Below are positions 1 to 12,000 of a DNA stretch of 64,000 bases, in pieces. The notes below the pieces were generated by a model. The model saw only the letters and a program-made list of their open reading frames with translations. It had not been told where the DNA came from and made no database searches. The DNA is from Oikopleura dioica (taxonomy: Eukaryota > Animalia > Chordata). Numbering within the stretch: the first letter of the stretch is position 1; each line of letters starts with the position of its first letter. The stretch lies in assembly GCA_907165135.1 (NCBI GenBank), contig OU015568.1:8432001-8496000 (forward strand). Direction: 5' to 3'. Both the position numbers and the translations under genes were made by a program.

Positions 1-3000
1 GTTGTTGATCTTTTGCATGTCATCTGGTTTGTCATTGTCCGTGGCCTGTCCGTTCTTTTTGTCAGTGTCCGGTTCCCGCTCAGCTTCAAGAATTGCCGCG
101 GCTGTAATACAAGAGTCGCAGTTAGAGACAACTCGCTCGTGGGATTTTTCAATGTTGACTAACTCAACTGCAGTGTCAACTGCAGCCTCGATCTTCACAG
201 CGTTGTTGTTGTTCGTGTTTGGGTTGGTTTCCTCGAGTTCATATTCCTTTTCCATAGTGGCGGGCTCGACAATAGCGACGGTTTCGCCATTGAGGTCAAA
301 GTCCTTGTCGTTGTTGTTGTTAGCGTTGGTGTTGTTGGAGGCGTTCTGGCCAAAGAGAGAAATGCTAACGTGGCATTCGGTCTTCTTGGCGCCAACTTTG
401 GCAGTGTAGACACCAGCATCCTCTTCGCAGATTGTCTTCTTGATGATCAAGCGGCGGATATTACCGTCAGTGACAAATTCAACGTTGTCAGACTGCTTGA
501 GTCGCTAAAAACGGAGTTAAAATTTGTTCGTTTTGTAAATTTGTTTACCTGTCCGTCCTTCTTCCAGTGAATGTTGTCGGTGTTGTTGGAATTAACTTCA
601 ACTTCGAGCTCAAGAGAAGGAGCGGCGATCTCAACTTCCTTGAATGGAGGAAGTTTGGCCATGAAGACCTGCTTAGCAAGCTTTGCAGCAGCCTTGGCGG
701 CCTCCTTGGCAGCTTCTTTCTCGGCGTTGTCGATTTGAGGACGCTTTCGCATCTCAAGAACGTAGTGCTCGACCTTGCCAGTCTTTGGAGCACCCCACTT
801 AAGAGTAGCAGTAGATTCTCCAACTGCAAGGACCTCTGGTCGACCTGGTCGGCCAGGAACAGATTCGGGATCCTTGGCGACTTCAGGCTCAGAGGGCTCG
901 GACCAGATACCAAGACCGGCCAAGTTCTCAGCACAGACGCGGAAGATGTAGTCACGGCCTTCTTTGAGGTTGGTGACCTTGAACATTCGCTTGCCAGATT
1001 CAATAGCCTTCTTGTTGATTCGGCTCCATCGGTTGGAGTTGGGCGAGGACATTTCGACCCAGTAGCCGGTGATTGGAGATCCACCATCCCATTCAGGCTC
1101 GGCCCATTTGATGGCCATACCGTTCTTAGAGATAGAAGTGTCCAAGACCTGTGGGGATCCATTTGCTCGGGCACTTCGAACAAGTAGCAAGCAACAATAG
1201 GAGCGGAAAGAGCACCGTCACCCATTCCGATGTCGTTTCGAGCAGAGACTCGGAACTCGTATTCGCGTCCTTCGACAAGTCGCTCGGCCACGTAAGAAGT
1301 GGCGTCGGGCTTAACGTCAGCGGACATCTTGCCCCAGACCTGTCGGCCGACTTCTCGCTTTTCAACGAGGTAGTTTCGGATAGGAGTTCCACCAGCATCC
1401 TTTGGCGCTTCCCAGATAAGCTTGCAGCTCTTCTTGGTGATATCAGTGATATCAAAGTTTTCTGGGATACCAGGTCGATCCATGACATTGACGGAAATGC
1501 GCTTTTCGGCCTTGCCGTTATCGTTCTCAGCAGTGATGATGTAAATACCACTGTCAGATCGGTTAAGGTCGTTCATCGTGAAGGTAGAGGACTTCTCAGT
1601 ATCCTTGATGCCGACTCGAGAGTCGACGGAAAGTGGGAAGCCATCCTTGACCCAAGAGATCTCAGGCTGAGGTTTACCCTGGATTTTGGCGGGCATGACC
1701 ATTCGGTTCTGAGTGACCTTGACGTCGAGGCCGTTTTCGGCACCTTCCCAAAGCTCGATTGATGGTGGAACCTTGTCCATCTCGACAGCAACCCATTCAG
1801 TTGGTTCGCATGGCTCGCCTGGGCCAGCTTCGGAGATGCACTTGACTCGGAATCGCCATTTGGACATGTACTCGAGTGGAGTAACGAGACATTCGGGCTT
1901 CTTGGATGGTTTTCCAGGGCTGAAGACTTGGTAGTAAATCTCTTCTTCCTTGAGCATCTCAACCATGTAACCACCAGAGGCAGTGACGGGGGCAGATGCT
2001 GGAGGCTCCCAAGCAAGAGTCACGGAATCGTTGGTTGTCTTGACGACTCGAAGGTTGGAAACGACACCTTGAAGATTAAGTTTATCAAGTGTTGTTGAAG
2101 ATCTATGCGGTTTTTGTAAAAACCAGGGGCGTATCTCAACTCAAGAGAATTCAAATCGTGAAGCTGCGAAGATCGCCTGCGATCTTCCAGTAAAGGAGCC
2201 ATTTTATGCTCTGTTTAGTCTCTAGTTTTAAATTTGCTAAATGTAAATTTAAGGACGAGGTCTAGGACTAAATTAAATACTAATTAGCAGCTGTAAGGAT
2301 CACCCCTCGTGATCCACTCAACAAGTTTAGATTGAGAATATTTCTTGAGCTGAGATTGACGACAAAAGCAAACCACACTCTAATACTTAGAATCTAAGTA
2401 AAAGCCTAAAACAAATTAAGCGTAAATTGCTTATTGTGGTGTGGATTCACAACCGGGATCGGGATAAAAATATTATCCTCGTGTGCATAATAAATTTCCA
2501 ATGGTGTTTGTGCGTGAAATAGATTTTGGTGCTCATCAAATTCAGTGAATTTGTGCATTTACCAAAGTCTTCGCTACATTGCACCATCTGATCGCGGAAA
2601 TTTCCGGATAAACGCGATACTGTGCTGCTGCAAGTATCAAGACCTTCTTGGGGTCTACCTGCTGGCACAGATTCCGGTAAGGGTTTTGGTTTTTCTTAAT
2701 AGAACACGATTTTCACAAGAAAATTGGTTTAGCTTAGAAAAACACGTTACGCTTTGCCCTTTTTAGGGCTTTTGGCATTTCAGCTTCGAAAGGTACTCTG
2801 AAATAAGCGGCGTAAAATAAGCGGACTACTATTTTTACGGCTATTTAATTATTTTTGCTTCTAATCTTAGATCGATTTTTTTTATATCAAACTTACCACC
2901 GCCATAGAAGACAGGTTTCTCGTACTCGGCGAATTCACCCTCTCCAGCACCATTGACGGCAGCGACTCGGAACTCGTAGCTATTGTTCAATGGAAGATCA

Positions 3001-6000
3001 GAGAAGGGGAAAGCTTCGCCACTTGGTCGGCCAGATTCTTGCCAGATTGACGATTCAGCCTGCTTGTGCTGGACGATGTATTCCTTGATTGGGTCTCCAC
3101 CGGACTCAAGAGGCTTGGTCCAAGTGAACTCGAGAGTGTTGCCAACCTTGACATTCAAGTCTGTGCAGAGGCCAGGAGCGTCGAGAACAGAAACCTTCAA
3201 AGCGAGTCGTTTTTCACCAGCTCGGTTTCTAGCGACGATTTCATAATCACCAGAGTCACCTTCAACAGCAGCGGGAACGGAAATGTTAGCGAAACCGCCA
3301 CCATATCGAGCATGTTCGAACCAAGGCTCACCGTTCTTCGTCCATTCAACTTCGCATTTAGGTCGTCCAACGACCTTGATCTTGGCCTGAAGTGGCTGGC
3401 CCTTGACAACCTTGAATACAGATTCTTCAGCGACAAGGTTGGGTTCAATGTCGGGAGCTTCGCCAGCGAGAGTGACACATGGGTTGGAAACTTCAGATGG
3501 CATGGATAGGCCTTCCTTATTCTGGCCAAAGACTCGGAACAAGTACTTGGTATCAGCGACAAGATCTTCGATCGTAGTAGCAGATTCGCCAGCTGGGCAG
3601 ATGCCAGCCTTAGCCCATGCATCAGTGCCATGCTGAAGGGCCTCAATGATGTACTGGTCAACTGGGTTGCCAGATGGCGCGGTCCAGGAAACGTCGATGC
3701 TGCTGTTAGTTGGATTCTGGGCGGTAACACCAGTTGGAGCGTCAGGCTTGTTGTTGGGGTCTTCGGCTCGCACCTGAGCGGATGGCTCAGAAGGACCGGA
3801 AACACCAGCGCTGTTCTGCGCCTTGACTCGGAATCGGTACATTTTGCCCGCCGAAACTTGGGTGACATCGAAGCTGGTAGAAGCAGATTCGCCACATGGC
3901 TCGAAGCTGTCAGCACCATCAATGCACTTTTCGACGATGTAGCCAGTGATTGGAGCACCACCGTCGGTAGTTGGGGCTTCCCAGGAGAGAGGAACCTTAT
4001 TGGCTCGGACTCCACCCTGGTCGATCTTGATTCCAGTGGGGAATCCAGGTGGGAAGACACCGTCGGTGATCTCGTTGGGGCCAACAATGTCACAGAATTC
4101 ACCCATACCAGCTTTGTTTTCGGCAGCGACGCGGATTTCAATGTGTTCGCCCTTGGTGAGTTTTCGTGCAACAAAAGCAGTCTCCTCAACAGCGACAGTA
4201 GATCGAGTCCAGTCTTCAGACTCAGTCTTGTATTCAACGTGGTACTTGATAATAGCAGCGCCACCGTTGTCAGCAGGGGCGTTCCAGCAGAAGCCACAGG
4301 AGTTGTTGGTCATTCGAGTGACAGTGAGGTTGACTGGAGCAGAAGGCTTGTCCACAACAAAAACGTTGATAACAGCACTGTCATCGCCATTCTCGTTCTT
4401 GGCGGTGATTGTGTAGGCACCGGCATCAGATCGTTCAACAGTAGCGAAGTTAACAATTCTGTTAACCTTGACTTCAGCATCGCGTTCAACAGTCATTTCC
4501 TTGCCAGTATCAGCATGAACAACAGTGACGTCGGCAACCGGCTTGCCCTTGACTTCAAAGGTGAACTTGTCAGCCTGGCCGCAGAGGATGTAAGCATCTT
4601 CGGAAGAACCGATCTTAGGTGCAGTACCCTTGGACTCAACAGACATGGTAGTAGAAGAAGTCTGGAACTCCTTGAGTTCTCCAGCAAGAGTCACTTCAAT
4701 CTTGGCTTCGTCGTCATCAACAGAAGCAACGAAAGAAAGGGCGAATTTGCCCTCATCAGCAGTAACTTCGTATCGAGAGTCGGAGATTTCCTTTCGGTTC
4801 ACGTACCAGGTAGCATCAGCAGCCTTGTTAGCGTCGACTTCAAAAGTGACCTTCTGACCTTCCTTGCCAGACCATTTGGTAAGTTCCTTCTGAATCTTGA
4901 GGTGTTCAATGACCTTCAAGGCGCATTCAACTGGTCGGTCTTCATATCCAACGACGTGGCATTTGACCTTGCCAGTGTGCTTAGCAGCAGCAGACTTGAT
5001 GACAAGTTTTCGGTCAAAGCCAGATGCAGGAGGAGTAAAGAACTGATCATCCTGAGTTTCGTCGTTCACAGACCAGCCGCAAGCAGCAGAAGACTCCTTA
5101 GTTCGAACTTCAAAAGCAACTTCGTCTCCGATAAAGACGGTTTTGTCCTGTGGCTCAGTATCGAATGGAGAGTCTTGGACAGTAACCTTGCCGAAAGTAT
5201 CAGAGCCACCGATGAGCTGGCAGGTGTATTTGCCAGAGTCTTCCATCTCAGCATTCTTGATGGTAAGAGATCGGTTCTTTTCGTCTTGATCCATGAAAAA
5301 TTTATCGCCAGCGGTGATTTCAGCGTCATCCTAGTTTTGATTATATATTTTTTCAAAAGCAGATGCCTCTTACCTTCTTCCAGATGACTTTGGCCCGTGG
5401 GGAAGAAACAACAACGGAGAGAGTAGTCTCTTCAGCGCCAAGTCGAACGGTTCGGTCGGAGAGTCCAGATTCGAAAACGGGAGTGAGTTCTTTAACAGTT
5501 ACTTTAGCTTCAGTGTGCTTGTCGCCAGTTTTTGCCATCCACATGCCAGTATCAGAGTACTTGGCTTTTCGGATGGTGAGACTATGGCTACGCCCGTCAG
5601 CAGTAATCTTGTACTGATCAATTTGATCGGTGCCGATTTGTTTTCCGTCGTGATACCAAACGACTGGAGCTTCTCGGAGCTTAGCATCCGAGTTTAACTT
5701 GCAAGATAGCGTAGCGCTATCGTTTTCGAGGATCATTTCATCGACAAGACCTTCCACGAATTCAATCTCCAGAGCTAAGGAAAAAAGTTCTAGCAAAGAT
5801 TCATGAACTTAGTGATAGATGAGAAGGTAGGGGGTATGAATTTCGATTGACAGTAATAGTAATCGAAAAGATTTTAATTTAGCATAAGGATTGCCACATC
5901 GATCGAAACGATCAGAAAATTCATCAGTCTTCCTTTGGTAATCGAAGATGATGAGTGTATCCTTTATGAGTGAGTATTTTGAATCGGTGCAACTTACGAG

Positions 6001-9000
6001 GTGGGGGTGGTGGTGGTGCAAATCCTAATTTATTGTATGATAGTAATTGTGATGAAATATATATATAGTGATGAATAAGAAATATCCTGGGATTGAATAT
6101 TTCGTGACTGGCTTTGTGCATGAAGAAGAACCATTTTTTTGTAATTTGCTTTGGGCGTAGAACCATGTCTCAATAACTATGGACATAAAGTTTAACCCTC
6201 AATTCAAATTACCCTTTGGTTTTTCGAGCGGCTTTCCGTCTTTTCCTATTATAAGAAGTATTACTTTGAGATCAATTATGTTGACACCCAAAATCAATCA
6301 CAATAGATGTGATGATTTAACAATACTTCGAAGAAATTAAACAAATTTCCTCGGCTAAATGACTATAACCAAATTTAATAAATTTGGAAGCTTCTTGCTC
6401 GTACTTTAAAGAAATTCTGATAATTTCTCATGTAAAGAATTGCATTGAATTCTTAATGGCCTTCATGTGAATATTTAGAATGAACAAATATTCAAGTGCT
6501 CGTGCTGAAGATCTGGTGCTTGGTGAGAATGATTCCCTCATACAAAAAGCTCCAGAAGATGTCCGAACCCGAAAAATAAATCGTCGAAAACTCGCATAGG
6601 GTGAACTTCTTTTCGCTTCGCTCACCGAGATTAAATATTTCTTGGGAAGCAAGAAGGATAAGAAGTGAACCCACAGCGATAAAGTTTAATAATTCGGGAA
6701 GATTTCTCTCTATAAAATCTCTTCTTCTTATTTTCGGATTCAGACAAGCTCTGAGGCTTTTTTGTTTTGCCTTGCGGCGTGTGGGACTGGGCATATGACC
6801 CTGCGGGAGTGATGCCCAAGTAGTTAAACTGCGATACTTGTACTGTGATGCCGGCCAAGGGCGATAATCCTCACAGCCGCATGACGGCACCATTCTCACC
6901 TTGCACCCGAAATTGCGAACCCAAAATAGCGAAAATGTACCCGAACGGGAAATTTTCGTGCAAATAAATGGACATATGATTGTATGGTAATTGGTACCTT
7001 TGATGCTGACGGCACAAGTTGACTCTTCATCTCCAGTGTCGAATGAGTAGTGGCCGACATCTTCAGCAGAAGCAACGGGAATGATGAGCTTTTGGTGTTT
7101 GCCGTCATCAAGTTCTTGGAACTTGTAGTGTGGATCCCATCTTTCCAGAGGAACTCCATCCTTTCTCCATCCAGAGGACTCGGGATCGGGCTTTCGGTCG
7201 AGTTTGACTTCAAAGACGAGTGGCATATCCAGATCTCCAGTGATTTCCTTGGGAAGAGACTGGACAAGCTTGCATGGGTCACCAGAGACCTTGACGTGGG
7301 CCTGGCATTCTTCTCCAGTTCGGCTAAGTCGGAACTTGAGAGTGCCAACGATTCCCTTGTGAGCCTTGGCGAAAGTGATCTTGTGAATTTCTCCCTTGGC
7401 CAATGGAATGTCGATGTCAGCAGACTTTCGAATCTGGTTTCCGTTGAGGTACCACTCGCCCTTCGCGTTTGGCTGGCTAACCTTGACAGAGAAAGCCGCT
7501 TGAGCGCCCATGGAGAAGGCATACTTATCGTTGAGTGGCTCAACAATCGTAAGATCAAGTCCCTTCACCATGAGCATAGCAGAAGAAAGAGCATCCTCAG
7601 CTCTGCACTGGATCTCAGACTTATTATCTTCGTCTTCAGAAGTGTTCTTGATGGTGAGTCGGGCAATCTTGCCGTCTGTCTCCATCTGAACCTGAGCAGA
7701 TTTGATGATACGGCTTCCATCTCGGTACCAGATAGCGTCAACTTCTTCATGAGAAAGCTCACATTCGAAAACGGCGGTTTCTCCTTCTGAAACGCTGACG
7801 TCCTTGAGGTTCGAAACCATAAGGATGTTTCTTGGCTGGACTTTCAGCTTAGCAGTGACAATAGCATCATCGCATGTGCAAGAGTAGTCCTTTTCGTCAG
7901 CGAATTCGACCTTTGGAATTCGGAGAATTCGGTGAGGCCCATCTTCGATCATCTCGTACTTCTTGCCTGGCTTGAGAAGTCGTCGTCCCTTGAACCATTT
8001 GACCTGAGCAGTGGCTCGAGATAGAGTGCACTTGAACTCAGCCTGGGTCTTTTCCTCAACTTCGATGTTATCCATCTCTTCTGTGAAATCAACGGGTGAC
8101 TCAAGGACGGTAAGAGAAGCAGCGGTCTTGCCATAGAACTCGACCTTGCCAGCCTGAGTAAGCTGAACGTTCTTGAGGACAAGTCGCTGGCGAGTTCCAG
8201 ATTGCTCAAAGACAACGTCTTCAGACTCCTGGAGGAGCTGGCCGTTGATAGTCCAGTGTGGGCTGACATCTGCAAAAGAAGTATCACAGGTAAAGTCGGT
8301 CTGCTCTCCTTCGTAGCACTGTTGGTCCTGGAGGTGTCGTCGGATTCTAACATCTCGAGCAGCAACTTCGAGCTTGGCAACTGCAGAGTTGACTTCATCA
8401 TCTTCTTCATCCTTGACGCCTCGAACGGTGATTTCACCAGCATCAGAAAGCCGGACGTTATCGATGATGAGCTTTCGTCGTCGTCCCTCAGAAACGATCT
8501 CGAATCGACCTTCGTTGGAAATTACAGCACCCTGACCATCGACCCACTCGACCTTGCCGTTGAGTCGGTTGATTTCGATCTCAAATTCAACAATTGACGC
8601 TTCAGTGACTGACTGATCGATCATGCTTCGAGTAAAAGTAACTGGTGGCTCCTTGACGATGATCTCGTTGGTTGACTTGGCGTTGTTGCAAACAAAGACA
8701 ACTTCGCCAGCTTCATCTCGAGTGGCGTTCTTGATGGTAAGAGTATGTTTTCCATCATCATTGGCCAGCCGGATTCGATCAGTTCGGTTAAGCTTGACGC
8801 CGTTGATGAACCATTGTCCAGTTGCTCGTGGGTCGGAAACGGTGACAGAAATAGATGCTTCGTCGCCTTCCTTGACAACAGTCTTCGGAAGCTCCTCAAG
8901 AACGTCGACAGGAGTAGCACAGACAGAAAGGCTAGCTTCTCCCTGAATACCCTCGGCATTGAAAGAAATAACTCCACCATCATCTTGTCCGATTTCTTTG

Positions 9001-12000
9001 ACAAGAAGCTTGTAGATGCAGCCATCTTCAGTCGGCTCGGAAACCATCTCAATAGTTCGAGACTTGGCAAGCTTTTGACCATTTCGGAACCAAGTGACCG
9101 CGACTTCAGTGTGAGTGAGCTCGAAGCTCATTTCACCGACAGATCCTTCAGCAGCGGTAGAGTCGGACATCTGAGCCTTGAGTTTGATATCACGGGCACA
9201 GACAGTCAGTGTCATGGTTGTCTTTGTAGACTCAGCATCACAAGTGTAAGTTCCCTCGTCATCGTAAGTCAAGTCATTGATGATGAGAGTTCGCTGGCCA
9301 TCAGTATCAACGATCTCATATTTATCAGAAGCCTGGATAGGGATTCGTCGGTCCTTGAGCCATCTGGTCTTGACAGATCGTGAAAGTCGGCAGGAGAAGG
9401 TAGCCTTAGATTTTTCTTCGCAGACCTTGTCTTCAAGCTGCTGAACGAAGCTTGGTGGAGCTTCAAGAACGGCCAAATTGGCAGTTCCTTTGACGCGGCC
9501 AGAAGTCCAAACAACCATACCGGTGTGTTCAGTGGCAGCGAACTTAACCTTGAGGATATGCTTTTTGCCTCTGACAGAAGTTTCGAAAACGTCGCCATCT
9601 TCAACAGCGATGCCGTTGACTTCCCACGAGCCAGTGACGTTCTCGTAGTTGACATCGAGCTCAAAGCTGGCAGACTCGCCCTCAGTGACCTCCATGTCGG
9701 AGAGCTTTTTAAGGATCTTGATGTCTCGTCCTTCGATCTGGAGCTGCGCAATGGTCTCATCATCTTCACTGACACACTTGACGTCTCCTTCATCAGCAGA
9801 CGAGCAGTTGGAGACGATAAGAGTTCGTCGTCGGTTGCTAACTTCGATCTGATATTTATCGCCAGCCTCGACTTCGACGTCTTTGTGGAACCACTTGACG
9901 TCAGCGTTAGGTCGAGAAATTTCACATTCAAATACAGCGGAATCAGCTTCAGTTGCAGACTGGTCAGCAAGTCGCTTAGTGAATCGGGCACCAGGCTCCT
10001 TGACATCAAATTTGCAGCTGGTGACAAGGTTACCAGCTTTGAAGATGAGCTCACCAGATTGAGAGAGCTCGCAATTATAGAGCTTGAGGCTATGAACGGT
10101 TCGGAAAGCACCGAGCTCGACAGATTTCGAAGCAACAAGTTCTTCTTCTTCATCGCCCTTCTTAAGAATCCAGACAGCTGGAATATCAGAGTGAGAGATC
10201 TCAATCTCGAACTCAGCAGTATCTCGCTCGATAACAACAGTATCTTGGATACCAGCACCGACGACAGTGATATTCTGGTCAGTGACTTCCAAAGCAGATT
10301 CGGTCTGGTCATCACCACAGTCGCAGACGTAGACACCGGCATCATCATAGTTGACGTCGCTGATGATAAGCTTGACAGAGGTTTGTCGCTTAATCATGTC
10401 GAACTTTCTGCTGGCAGCGATTTCTTCACCGTTCTTGTACCACTTGACATTTACGTTCGCTCGGTTGAGCTCAGCTTCGAAAGTAACAGACTTGGTAGCG
10501 TTCTCAACTGCAATATCGTTCAATGGAGTGGTGAACTTAGCGGCGGATTCCTTGACAGACAAAGCAGCAGTGTGCTTAGCATTGAGGATCGAAACAGAAA
10601 TATCACCAGACATTTCAAGTGAAACAGCCTTGATTCGCATGCCGTAGTTAGGTCCATCAACGAAAAATTCAACATTGTCGTCAGCTCGGACCTGAATGCC
10701 ATTGATCATCCATCGTGCCTCTTGATCAATTTCAGATGCTTTGACAACGAGCTCAAGAGGTTCCCCAACCGTCTTGGTCTCATCACCAAATGGCTCGAGG
10801 ATGTTCACTTGCATGGTGGTGATAGAGAGCTTAGCAGCGCACTTGCTGTCGCCAACTTGGCAGCTGAACTGGGCTTCGTCATCGAAAGAAGCATTCTTGA
10901 CAATAAGACTTCGGACCAAGTCCTTGGCGACCATTTCGTACTTGTCAGAGAGATGGAGCTTGGTTCGGCCCTTGAACCAGGTGACTTCAGCACCGCCCTT
11001 TGAGACAGTACATTCAAAGACACCGTTTTCGTTTTCGAGAACAGTGATGTCGTTGATAGGAGCCTTGAAAACGCATGGAGCTTCGACAACATCGAATCGG
11101 GCTTCCTGCTTGGCCCCGTCAGTCTGGAAGACAATAGAACCAGACATCTTCAGATCAGCCTTATCGATGACGATAACATGTCGTCGCCCTCGACTTGGAT
11201 ATCGATGTTATCACCAATAGTTTGTTCTTCTCCGTTGATAAGCCACTGAGTTTCAACATCTTCATGGGAGATTTGAAGTTCGAAAGAGGCTTTTTCGCCC
11301 TCAATTACTTCAAGATCCATCATCTTCTTCGTGATTCGGATGTCTCGGCCACCAACAACAAGTTCGCAAGTGGTCTCGTCATCACCGGCATCACAAGTCC
11401 ATTTACCTTCGTCTTCTTGGACAACAGATTTGATAACGAGAGCTCGTCGTCGACCATCAGAAACGAAATCATATCGATCACCAGCAGAAACTGGCTCGCC
11501 GTTGAGTTTCCATACGACCTCAGCGTTTGGTCGATTGACTTCACAGCTGAGAACACACTCTTCTTTCTCAGTAGAGGCTTCGTCTTGAAGTCGCTTAACG
11601 AACTTAGCTGGAATTTCTTTGACAGCAAGCTTGGCAGCGGTCTCAACACCTTCGACAACGAATTTGTAATCTCCAGCATCTTCCTGAGTGGCGTCATTGA
11701 TGGTAAGAATGTGTGCAGTTCCCTGAACGGACATCTCGATCTTCTTAGAAGCAGCAATTTCTTCACCATTGAAGAACCACTTGCCCTCCATGTTGACGTG
11801 AGTAATCTCAGCTTCAAAGGAAAAGCTTTCTCGCTCAAAGCATTCGGAATCAGCAAGTGGAGTGACGAATTTGATGTTAGCTGGGATAACATTCAATTTG
11901 GCAGAGGATTTGACTTCGCCAGCATCACAAGTGTACTCAGCAGCATCATCGTAGGAGATGTCGTGAATAACGAGAGATCGTTTAGCTCCATCAATGCCCA

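Noticed and set aside
1153-1156. Frameshift between ORFs 545-2023 and 447-1190 (pseudogene or programmed frameshift)
   Set aside because: One extra C in the C4 run restores EQMDPPQVLDTS, a normal Fn3 start. A homopolymer deletion error is the simplest explanation; check raw reads.
3630-5387. Long plus-strand ORFs overlapping titin and fibrillin (e.g. 3630-5387, 9525-10622, 11195-12772, 25210-26943, 30183-31229)
   Set aside because: Antisense shadows of strongly codon-biased coding sequence: Ser/Leu/Val-rich, with no domains.
6369-6387. Isolated short hairpins (6369-6387 CCAAATTT/AAATTTGG; also 2297-2315, 42165-42185, 52385-52410)
   Set aside because: Single 7-9 bp stems are expected by chance in 64 kb.
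11187-11189. Frameshift between ORFs 11150-12703 and 6492-11147
   Set aside because: One extra base at the GGG/C run restores VEGRRHVIVIDKAD, a normal Ig strand E. Likely an assembly error.
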